From NCBI GenBank assembly GCA_023231475.1, contig JALJEE010002494.1:1-52844 (forward strand): 52,844 nt of DNA, written 5' to 3'. Of this stretch, positions 11,651-22,218 are shown piece after piece (within the stretch, counting starts at the first letter, position 1; the number at the start of each line of letters is the position of its first letter). The DNA is from Seison nebaliae. Lineage: Eukaryota. The translations under genes were made by a program, and so were the position numbers. The notes under the pieces were generated by a model. It ran no database searches, was not told the DNA's origin, and saw only the letters and a program-made list of their open reading frames with translations.

Positions 11651-14600
11651 CTATTTTTTCACACCAGATTCTTCGGTTTTAGGAGGTTTTTCCGATTTTT
11701 TTTCTTCTCTTACTTTAATAATTGTCGATGTTTTTTTCATTACATTTTCTATAAAATTATCTTCGGATTCTAATGCACTATCAGTTTGTTCGATTAAAGT
11801 GAATGTTGAGGGTCGATAAGAAGTTTTCGATAGACTGTACGATATCTGACTTTTCATTTTCCTATAAATTTTAGTGGTAAATACAGCTTTGGAGGTAGCT
11901 CTTTCAGTTTTGAAATGTGTTTTCGCTCCCACCGTACTCTGCCAAAGTAATCGTTGTTTGTCGAACTTTTGTTTTCTGACATTGTTCGTCGTATAAGCAT
12001 TCTCATCAGGAATGATGAAATCGACGACATGAGCACAAAGAAATGAAATATGTTCAAAGACTAATACGAATGCCAATCTCGCCATCAGAATATACCAATA
12101 AACGTTTGAACATTCAAAATTGCCCATACCGGTTCGTGGTTCGTGGAAACCACGAAAACGACAATATTCACCCGTAAAGTTTGTGGTGATGTTCAACGTT
12201 TCAATCGGGTAATATGATAAGGTGAAATTCATGTAGCTATTGTATTGGTAGACATCATTATTACCTTCGAATGCGAATTTATATACTAAACGTGGAATGA
12301 AGTCTGTCGTCCATGCAATGATGACGGCATTGGTAATAACGGCGATTTTCGCCATTGCCGAAATGATTTTCACCCAAATTCCTAAATTGTTAAACCGTTT
12401 TTGAAAAAAGAAACTCCATTTTAAGTAACCAACCAATATTTCTCGCAGTTTCCGCTTTGGATCGTTGTGTTCTCCTAATGAATTTTTTCGCGTCGATTCT
12501 CAGTTCGATCATGCTGCAAATTAGTGCCAGTAATGGTGCCAGGGGGAACGCCACAGCAAATAACGTTACAAATCCGAATTGTTGTACTGTTTTTATATTG
12601 TAGAAGAATATAGAAAATTTAGAAAGAAATTTAGAAAAAAAAACCTAAGACACTATATTCGCTAAAGAGACCGGCATCAGGTTCTGGTAGAAAAAAATCG
12701 GTGTACCAAGTTGGGCCGCTTTTTTCATAATCGACATTCTTCTCTAAAAAAAAGTTTCCCATAATTTTTCTTGGTAAAATTTTGACTACTTTCGCCTGTA
12801 AATATCTGGAAAAAAAGAAGGATAAAAACGTTTGGAAGAAGTGCTGATGGTGATTTTAACGGTGCGACTATTTGAGAGAATATACTACTCGCTTCCGTCC
12901 CGATGAAAAGAATTATCGATTGAAAACATAAATTCGAATAACAACCAGCTGCGTCGCACTAAAATGAATTAATTATATATTTAATAATATTTAAAATTAA
13001 AATTGTACCCCTTGGGCGTTCACACCTAAAATACGGAAACGTTGTTCTTTCGGTGCATTGATCAACGCTCCCTTAAACAGTGCGATATAGAACAAACTTG
13101 AATAATTATTGGCGAAATCGAACAAGATGTTCTTTAGGATTAAAGACGTATCATATGTCGACTGATATTTGTGATGTTCTATTGAATTGGAAATAATTTT
13201 CAAATAAAAAAAAAAAAAATTAAATACCTCGATTGGTAAGAAAAGTAGCGAGATGTCTATAGAATTTACCGAATATCAATATGAATATCAGATTGACAAT
13301 TCCTGAAAGGAGATTGACACTCTTCTCCGAATATATTTTCAGGAAGTGCAAATCGGAAACCATCAGAGTGGTATGAACGATGGCGCGATATGCTATGATG
13401 GCAATCACGCAAATTATACAAACCACAATCATGGTGATACAAGCTGATGCTGAGATGAGATATTGGCCAATAACTTTCATTTTGGGTACATACGGTTCGA
13501 ATGATTGAGTAATATGGTTATATTTCGGATAATTCGATTGTGCTAGGAATTCGGGACGGATCGGCTCATAAGTTTGATAATCTTCTGTATTAGATAAGTT
13601 CCAAGAGAATTGAATATTTGCTGATTTCCTTTTCCAAAATTCGATAAAGCACGCACTCCATATAGCCATGAATAAGGAGAAGAGAACTGACGAGGTGTTG
13701 CCTAAAATATATCCGATTTTCGCATTGAGACAACTGTCTCTCAAATACCATAATGGACAACCGCGATCACAAATCGGACACATGACCGTCTTAGCCATAT
13801 CGTGACAAATACTCTTCACATCCTCCGATTTGTGTAGTGACGTCAAACCATAAAGTACGACGATTAAGCCGCTGAGAGCGGCGGGAATTAACATGTTCCC
13901 ATAGAAGTTTAACCAGACGAAATAGAAAGTTAATTTCTCCCCGAAATATCTTCGAATCACATTCACAGGCTGAACGGTGATGATCTTCCGAAGATTACCC
14001 CAATTCTTCGATAAGAAATATCGATCAGTTTGAAAATCATCGACTTGTTCGTGAGGAGCGTAAGCGGCGAGAAGCATTTTCTGACTGAGCATTTGTTCGA
14101 TACCGATATAACGGAATTTATTCGAAAATAAATATTCAAAAAATTTTCTCGAATCCATCGAAACAATTTTCCTCGCAGTCAATTCCGTCTCTTCGTCGTC
14201 TTCATCGCGAATTTCGGGAGAGAACGGAATACGTCTCAATAGTTCGCGAGTCAAATATGATCGTTGAGCGGTGGAGAAATATGACTGGAAATTTTTGGAG
14301 ATTTCTTTACTAAAATATTGCTCGAATTGTGATCGAAGTATGGAACTATATGGTAATGTTAAATATTCTTTTACTGACGCTTTCTTATTATATTCCGTTT
14401 GATCCATCGATGTGGGATAAAGGCCGATGAGCATACTCTCTAATTGGGCAAGAATTGAAGTGTCTTCGATACATTCATAGGAAGCGATGGGCAAAGGGAA
14501 ATGGACAATCTCTGCCATATCCAACAACACTTCGAATGGGGTATGAATACAAAGGAAAATGAGATCGGTATCAGCTCGGAGCAATTGGTACTTCAATCCG

Positions 14601-14746
14601 ATGTGTTGCATCGCTACACAAAGATAGACGAGTTTATCCTCCAACTCCTTCTCCGCCGAGTACATGTTACCTCGATAAACGAAGACATAATCGATTACCG
14701 GAATTTCCACGTCATCCAACGACGACGTTGTTGACCAGATGGCCAT
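11651..14746 (-). CDS. Anoctamin/TMEM16 family protein, paralogue A; 6 exons
   Basis: Motifs 'IRRYFGEKLTFYFVWL', 'MCPICD', 'FIEFWKRK', 'NNYSSLFYIA', 'CDAAGC', '[17 protein letters not shown]', 'ELRIDA', '[11 protein letters not shown]'. Introns 13179-13227, 12959-13008, 12806-12860, 12587-12644 and 12382-12433 restore a continuous frame. Confidence 0.92.
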
Positions 14747-14957
14747 ATTGATCGCTCATACAAATGTTAATTGAAAGATAACCGAAATAACCAAACGCTT
14801 TTCTTAAAACAATTAAAATTTCATTCATTTCTCCTTTTCAACTCTTAAATATATTCCGATCTAATTCATTTCAATTTTTTCATTATTCTCTTCACGTTAA
14901 TTCATCGAAATCATGTTCTTCCACTTCTCTCTCTTCCCAACTTGGAATACTTTAAAT

Positions 14958-15178
14958 TATTAAGTATTAGGTATTAGATATTATGTATTAGGTATTAGAT
15001 ATTATGTATTAGGTATTAGATATTATGTATTAGGTATTAGATATTATGTATTAGGTATTAGATATTATGTATTAGGTATTAGATATTAGATATTATGTAT
15101 TAGGTATTAGATATTATGTATTAGATTTTAGGTATTAGATTTTAGGTATTAGGTATTAGGTATTAGATATTAGATATT
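14958..15178. repeat. 7-bp minisatellite (TATTAGG/TATTAGA/TATTATG) with a 21-bp higher-order unit
   Basis: Directly visible tandem array between the two anoctamin genes. Confidence 0.95.
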
Positions 15179-15314
15179 TCATCGTTCAATGAAAATTATT
15201 TATCATCGAAACGATTTGAATGAGTTTAATGAAAAAAATGAAAATTATCCAATAAATTAATTATCCAATGAAGGCAGAATCGTTTTAGAATGGAAATAAA
15301 TTATCAGAAATTGT

Positions 15315-18300
15315 TCATGAGAATTTGGAAGGAATTGAGGCACTTTTCTGATGAATGTTATATGGTTGTCCCTCGAACGAGGGATGGTGTGTTTGATAAT
15401 TGAGAATGTCATCCGATCGACTCTTCCCACGCTCATTTGATTGTTCGTCAATTAATTTGTCTAATTCATTTCGCATCTTTTTCTGATCTTCGTCAGTGAC
15501 CGGTTTCTGACCCCATTCGCCCCATAACATTTGTTGTTGCACGTAATGTTGTCGTCGGATCATCATTCGAGTGGAATATGGGACGTCAGGAATAAGATAA
15601 CCCAATGTTTGCATGAGAAGGAAGACGAGATGTTCGAAGACTAGAACGAATGCCAATCGAGCAACTAAAATGTACCAATATTCCGATGAGAATTTATACT
15701 CGTCTTCATGGCCCGGTGGATTGCGATAGCCTCGATATCGACATTCGGTTTCATTTCCGAAATTCGATTGAATATTAAAAACGGAGAGCGAATGATTGAC
15801 ATAATGAACGAGATCATTATTCGATTTATTCGTATGATATTTATAAACTGATTTCGGAATGAAATCTGATGTCCAGGCAATTATCGTCGCATTCGTAATG
15901 ACCGCTAATCGAGAAATGACTTCAATGATCGATTGCCAAATTCCTGTAAAATGGTAAAAGTTTCGAAGGGAAAAATTAGTATTGAACCGATATCAGTTAC
16001 CATCGCTGGTTTGATACGACGGAATTTCCGCAGGAATTTCTGAGCGTCAATTCGAATTTCGATGATATTATTCATCAACGCCAATAACGGTGCCAACGGA
16101 AATGCCACAGCGAACAAAGTGACAAAACCAAATTGGAGAGCTAAAACCAAATTTCAAAAATCATATGAGGCAATTTCTTTTTGTAACCTAATTTGAGATA
16201 TTCGGTAAATAAGGCATCGTGAGTGACGGGATTTAAATGGAAATCTTTTTCGAATGTTGGAAGATCATTTCTAGCTATATGATTTCCATTCATTCCTCGA
16301 CATCGATGAATCCAACCGCCTGGTGAAATCCATAATTTTAACGATCTAAATTAATTTATTATTAATAATTATTAATAATTCATTAAATAATATTTTTTAA
16401 ATTAATTTTATATTAACGGAAAAACGACTTCCATAATCAATCCCATAATTTGTTGTCCACTCATAATGATGATGAGTTGAATACAAAGTTCACTAAGACA
16501 TCCAGCAGGATCGCACTGATGGAATTTGAATGATAGAATTATAAAAATGAAAAATTTAACCGCTTCTGTCTTGAATTTGCCGAAAATGAAGAAACGTTTT
16601 TCGCCGGGCGCATTTGTCATCGTTCCTTTAAAGAAAGCGATGTAAAAGAGAGCAGAATAATTGTTAGCGAATTCGAAAAGATAATGTTTCAAAGTGAAAG
16701 AGGCTTCGTAGCTCGATTGGAATTTGTGTAATTCGAAATCTGTCATCTTTTTAGCAATCAATTTATACATATAACCAAGGAACATGATGGCGATCAAATT
16801 AATCGTACTGGCAGTACATGCCGTAAATATTTTCGAATATTTTCTCAGAATTACATACGACGTACTCGCTACAGCAATTGAGACAGCCACTCGATAAATG
16901 ATCACACCCACCATCGCAATGATGACCACGGCGATCATGGTGAAACAGGCGGAGAAGGAAATGAACATTCGATAGAGTCGTTTGTAAAAGGAGAAATACG
17001 GTTCAAAATGGCCCGTTATCGGATTGCGTTTCATTCGAGTTGATCGACGTTCATAATTTGGTCGTATCGGCTCCAATAATTCTCGCTCGTTATTCGTGCC
17101 CAAATCCCAATCGTATCTCAAAGTGGATTGTCGTCGTTTCCATAATTCGAGAAAGAGAATACTCCAAATCGCCATAAACATCGAGAAGAAGAGTGTTCCC
17201 TCATTATCGAAGATATATGTCAATTTCGAATAAATACACGATTCATTCAAATACCAAAATTTGCATAATGAATCACAAAGTGGACACATCAATGTTCCAC
17301 CCAATCGATTCACATCACAAATATCTTTCACTTGTTCCGATGACGATAATGTCATCATCCCATAAATAAAGACGACAAGACCACAAATTGCGGCTAATAT
17401 GAGGAATTGAGTATAGAAACCAAACCAAGCGAAATAGAAAGCGATTTTCACCCCGAAATATCGACGGATCGATGTATAAGGTTGAAATTGCATAAACCGT
17501 TTGAACGGTGCCCATTCTTTCTCCAAAACTGTTCGATCATTCAATTCGAAATTCTCTTTCGGTTTCAAATAATGATAAGTTTTCCTACTCGATTTTTTCC
17601 GATGGATCGGAATGATCGTCTCGTGAGGAGCGTATGCCGCCAAAAATGTTTTGTTGTCGATCAAACGATCAATTCCTGCTTTGTGCCATGCTTTCGTGAA
17701 AATGGCACGAAGAAAATTTTCTTGACTCATATTTGAAATTTTTTGATTGAAAAATTCTTTCTCGTCTTTTTTCGATTTAGTTCGTTCACTCATTTTTTTC
17801 ATTTCCTTCATTTCTGATGATTTATCGGAGAATATGATGGTGAAATCATCAATGGAATTTTTCATTGTTTCCATATAATCCTCATCATCATCAATCGTTT
17901 CATATGGTAATCTCAATAATAATTCGTAAATCAATTGAGCTTTCTCACCAGTCGTGAAATAATTTGCACGTCCACCAGGTCGATAAGTATCAAACAACGA
18001 TTGAAATCGATGACGAAGATCATTTGAATAATTATAACGAAAATAATCTTTTTTTTCAAAATGATAAAATTCATCGAAATTCAAATCTTCGTCACTCTCA
18101 ACAATTCCATCACCAGCGGCACCATTTCCTAATTTGTTCGTTTTCAAATCAAATATTTCCAAATTTCGACAACTGGCACAATAGAGGAAACGTTGGAGAA
18201 ATCCCGTCGCTTTTCCCTCCAATTGTTGTTGTTTTGTTTCGATGTCTACTCGTTGAATAGGAAGACGCAATTTTATTTTGTCCGCCACATTCAACAACAA

Positions 18301-18543
18301 ATCGAAGGGTGCATGAATTTTGACGAAAATCAAATTGTCATTTCCTTCGCCTCGATGTGTCTCAATGTCTAGACCGACCCATTTCATACAATTCAAATAA
18401 TAATCAATTCGTTCACGCAAATCGATTTGAGCGAGATATTTGTCTAAACGATAGACGAGAATAAAATCGATGGTTCGACTTCTATTCTCCTCTTCCAAAT
18501 CGAAATATTTACTTCGTCGAAAAATATCGTCAGTCGCTGCCAT
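15315..18543 (-). CDS. Anoctamin/TMEM16 family protein, paralogue B; 5 exons
   Basis: '[20 protein letters not shown]', 'MCPLCD', 'FLELWKRRQ', '[18 protein letters not shown]', '[31 protein letters not shown]', 'CRYRGYR'. Introns 16516-16560 (in frame), 16346-16417, 16141-16187 and 15944-15987. Confidence 0.93.
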
Positions 18544-19129
18544 TTTTCAAAAAAGAAAATTAGACTTTCGTCTCAATTACATAACTTTCAATTATTCACC
18601 ACATACAGGAGCTGATTAGACGGAAGCTTACTTATTCAATTATCCATTCTCCCCCTTCTCCCATTCAATATCATTTAATGATTCGATTAATCTTTAAGGT
18701 CAAACATTTATCATCTCTCATGGTTTTCAGTCACTTCTCATTTTTTCTCCTTCAGCCAACACCGTCTCTCTAAATGAGCTGAATATGAAGAAAGAATTTT
18801 CATTACCGAAAATATATTTTCGTTTATGAACAGAGAACAGTTTTTTTTTCTTCTTCTTAACTCATCAAACACAAATAACATCCAGTAACATTTTCAGTGA
18901 ATGGGAGAAAAAATGAAAGATAAATCAAAAAAAACTTTATTGTTATTATTGAAAATTTAATTATCTAATTAATAATCTTAATAAATATTCTTATTATTTA
19001 AGAAATAAGAAAGTTTATTATTATCATTATTTATTACTTAAATTTACGTCGGGATAAATTAGAAAATAAATTCAAAAATTTTCGGTCGATTAACTTCTTC
19101 TTATTATTGTTATTGTTGATGAAATAACA

Positions 19130-19280
19130 ATTATTATTATTCTTATTATTATTGTTGATGAAATAAGAAATTTGATTTGTTGTTGTTGTTGTTGTTAAAG
19201 AAATAAGAAGTTTAATTGTTGGTGAAGAAATAAGAAATTTGATTGTTGACGAAGAAATAAGAAATTTGATTGTTGTTGTT
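19130..19280. repeat. Degenerate short tandem repeats (GAAATAAGAAATTTGATTGTTG-like) downstream of the CYP gene
   Basis: The motif GAAATAAGAA recurs several times with (GTT)n tracts; boundaries are approximate. Confidence 0.6.
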
Positions 19281-19295
19281 GAAAAAAGATTAAAA

Positions 19296-20807
19296 TTATC
19301 GTTGAATTAATTGGAAATCTAATGAACGATCAGGAGTGATAAATAAACTAGAAATAGGAATTGGCCATCCGTCTGTTTCGGATTTGGGATAAGAAACACG
19401 ATATCTTTGTAAGAGTTTCACTAGTAGAAGATGAATTTCTTGTTCGGCAATTCGTCGACCTAAACAAGATCGTGCTCCGTAGCCGAATTGAAGGAATGCG
19501 AAAGGATCGGGTGCCGTTTCCCTGCTACCTCTCATCCATCGATTAATGTCGAATTTGTCCGGATTGTCCACATAGTCCTCATTCAATAGACTGACGGCGC
19601 CATTCATTTGAACTAACGTGCCTCGTGGTATTCGGAAATTATCTAAAATTATTTCCTTATCTAAAAATCGACCCGTACCAGTCACCAACGGTTGAACCCT
19701 CAAAGTCTCCTTAACAAATGCCCTCAATTTCTTACACGCATTAATATGTCGTGTGGTTATTTGAGTTTTTGGATTTGTTCCCACTTTTTCATCAATCTCT
19801 TCAATTACTTCTTGTTGAATTTGTGGATACTTCGCCAAATATATCAATAGCCATTGAAGAGAGATTGATGTGGTGTCTACACCGGCGCCTAATAAATCTG
19901 AAGCCAAACCAACAACATCTTCATGTTCTAAACCGGCATCCTTATAACTCTCTAACATCATTTCTAGCATAGTTTTCTGTTCTTTTTTATCTTTCCCTTT
20001 CGATAATTCTTCTGCTTCTTTTATCCATTCGTGAACGATTTCTAATAATCGATGACTATTTTTCTCGTAGTTCGTAAAAGTTGGTGAGAGGAATGGGAAG
20101 ACAGTGTAGAATGGGAAAGAGAATAAAAGTGTACTCGAATCTTTAAAAATTTCAATGATGACTTTGATGAATTCTTCTAAATTTTTATCTTTCGACCCAT
20201 CATTTTTGAACGAATTCAACTTCTTATCAACCGCTATAATACTCACGGCCTCTAAAGCGAATTTCCTCAAATGATTCTCCATTCCTATCACTATTTTATT
20301 CTTCTCCATTTCCTCGTCAATCACTTCCATCAATTCGTTACATACTTCATTGTGAATGGGCAAATAGTCTTGAATCGATTTCGGTTTCACCACAATCGGA
20401 TTAGCGAAACTTCTCAATTTTCTCCATCTCTCCGAATTATCGACGGCGATACTAAAATTCATTCCCTTCCTTTTCTGCATCATATAATAGGGTGTAAATT
20501 CCGTTCGTTGAACATTTTTACCTTCGGCCTTAAATGCTATTTCGATATGTTTCGGATCGATTATCATGACGGAAATTTTCTCAGGATTTCTTCGGAATCC
20601 CACAACTTTCCCGTAATCCTCATGCATCTTCTTTATCACATTAACAATATTCAACGGTTTTTTACCTTCACCAACATATGGAGCATAATACCAAAAACTC
20701 CCAACAACCGGCAAACATTTCGGGCCAGATAACTCAGAAATTTCTTTTACAGTCGTCACAGCTACTGAATAACTTCTCCTCCAACATTTCATTCCACTTC
20801 TCAACAT
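19296..20807 (-). CDS. Cytochrome P450, mitochondrial clan; single exon
   Basis: First ATG 20807 gives an Arg/Ser-rich N-terminus without a TM anchor (MLRSGMKCWRRSYS), then 'GPKCLPVVG', C-helix WRKLR, I-helix AGVDTTS, K-helix KETLR and heme motif FGYGARSCLGRRIAE. Confidence 0.92.
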   Translation of the reverse strand: MLRSGMKCWRRSYSVAVTTVKEISELSGPKCLPVVGSFWYYAPYVGEGKKPLNIVNVIKKMHEDYGKVVGFRRNPEKISVMIIDPKHIEIAFKAEGKNVQRTEFTPYYMMQKRKGMNFSIAVDNSERWRKLRSFANPIVVKPKSIQDYLPIHNEVCNELMEVIDEEMEKNKIVIGMENHLRKFALEAVSIIAVDKKLNSFKNDGSKDKNLEEFIKVIIEIFKDSSTLLFSFPFYTVFPFLSPTFTNYEKNSHRLLEIVHEWIKEAEELSKGKDKKEQKTMLEMMLESYKDAGLEHEDVVGLASDLLGAGVDTTSISLQWLLIYLAKYPQIQQEVIEEIDEKVGTNPKTQITTRHINACKKLRAFVKETLRVQPLVTGTGRFLDKEIILDNFRIPRGTLVQMNGAVSLLNEDYVDNPDKFDINRWMRGSRETAPDPFAFLQFGYGARSCLGRRIAEQEIHLLLVKLLQRYRVSYPKSETDGWPIPISSLFITPDRSLDFQLIQR

Positions 20808-21376
20808 TTTTCTCAAAATTAGTCGAAAATTATCGGAGACTAATTGTTTATCAGACTATCGATGACCATTATTGACTACCAAATTCCTTTTCTCTAATTT
20901 CATTTCTACTTTCAAATATTAATCAAACATCTCAGTTTCCCAAATTTTAGCGTCAGAAAATTCTTCTTATTTTCCCATTACACAACCTTAATTATATTTT
21001 ATTTAACAACTCAAAAATCTCAAAAACTTTTCTTCTCTCAATAATTTTCATATTACTTTTATAAAATTTATTAATTTCTCAATTCAAATTCTTAATTCAA
21101 AATTTAATTGTTAATTTCTTTAAATTTTTAATTCCCTTCGAAAAAGAAGACAAAATACGAATTTTATTTCGGCTGTTATGTAATAATTTTAAAAATTATA
21201 ATAGTAATAAGTAGAATCTAAAGCTTAAAATTTGAAAGAGTACCTGAAAATTAAAATGTTGCAAATGAAAAATGCGAGAGATTTTTTCTTAACACGTCAC
21301 TTTTTTTTTGACCGTTTGAAATTTGACGTGTACCATTGTTAGAATGACATTGTACATCGTTAGACTTGTGATGCAC

Positions 21377-21411
21377 TATAAATATGAAAGAAATTGAAAA
21401 GTATTTCAGTT
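21377..21411 (+). promoter_or_regulatory. Pol II core promoter: TATA box plus initiator
   Basis: TATAAATA at 21377-21384 and TCAGTT at 21406-21411 (A at 21408 as +1). The TATA T lies at -31, the canonical spacing. Confidence 0.6.
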
Positions 21412-21685
21412 TACTTTTTTTTTGCGCTAGATTATTTTCGATCATTGGAAAGTGAGATGACCGACCTTCGGTCTTCCACTTCTAGAAGAAATCGAATGGT
21501 CATCGATTCTTCTAGAAGTTGTTATTTACGGCCGTAAATTTTCTAGGGTTTAATAAACCTTCTAGGGGTCGTTCTAGGTCTTGGTCTAGGACATGGAGAA
21601 AGCGATCACTTTGAGAAATCTTGTGATCGCTTTCTGGAGCTGGTTCCAGTACGCTCCTAAACACTAAGGCGTGTCCGGGAGACTG
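21408..21685 (+). ncRNA. Candidate structured non-coding RNA (class unassigned), first exon
   Basis: Locally GC-richer segment downstream of the TATA/Inr with several stems (e.g. 21478-21489/21508-21519 and a perfect 13-bp 21597-21609/21623-21635). ATG-initiated ORFs found are only ~25 codons. Ends at a consensus donor G|GTGAGTAT (21686). Confidence 0.45.
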
Positions 21686-21717
21686 GTGAGTATGTCCATG
21701 TGGCAGATGGATGAAAA

Positions 21718-21982
21718 AAATTATTAGTGAAATTAAATTTCACTAATAATTTCAGGGATAAGGTGAAATTCCTTAAATTTCACTAATAATTTCAGGAATA
21801 AGGTGAAATTCTTTAAATTTCACTAATAATTTCATGAACAATTTCAATTGGATCAAATTTCACTAATAATTTCAATTGGATCAAATTTCACTAAAAATTT
21901 CATGAACAATTTCAATTGGATCAAATTTCACTAATAATTTCATGAACAATGTCAATTGGCTCAAATTTCACTAATAATTTCA
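21718..21982. repeat. Mostly 40-bp-period array of AAATTTCACTAATAATTTCA (7 copies) led by an inverted copy
   Basis: Copies start at 21735, 21775, 21815, 21855, 21883 (variant), 21923 and 21963. 17-bp inverted arms at 21718-21734 and 21736-21752. Confidence 0.92.
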
Positions 21983-22218
21983 AAATGGTTCAATTCCATT
22001 AATAGTAACAGAACAAATCGATAAATTTCCATAAAATTTGAAATAAATTAAAAATTTTTGTTTGTTAAATAAAATATAATTAAAATTCTTTTCCAATCGA
22101 AATTCTAAATAAATTAACCACAATAAATTTCCATAACTAATTTAAAATATGATAAAATTAAAATTTGAAAATTTCATTTTACTAATCAGAATAAAATTTT
22201 GTTTTGACAATCAAACTT

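Noticed and set aside
14958..15178. Interstitial telomeric (TTAGG)n
   Set aside because: The unit is a 7-mer with three variants; TTAGG is never tandem.
21479..21519. Heat-shock elements (TTCTAGAA twice)
   Set aside because: Each has only two clean nGAAn units, they lie downstream of the TATA/Inr, and they are explained as arms of one hairpin.
21530..21693. Minus-strand U1 snRNA (ATACTCACC start, later GATCACAAG resembling the U1-70K loop)
   Set aside because: Spacing to the GATCAC loop is far longer than in metazoan U1, and I found no U1A loop (ATTGCAC) or clear Sm site. ATACTCACC is simply the complement of the plus-strand donor. An Rfam search would settle it.
21735..21982. CRISPR array
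   Set aside because: The spacers are themselves repeated (two classes), the context is eukaryotic and there are no cas genes; it is a minisatellite.
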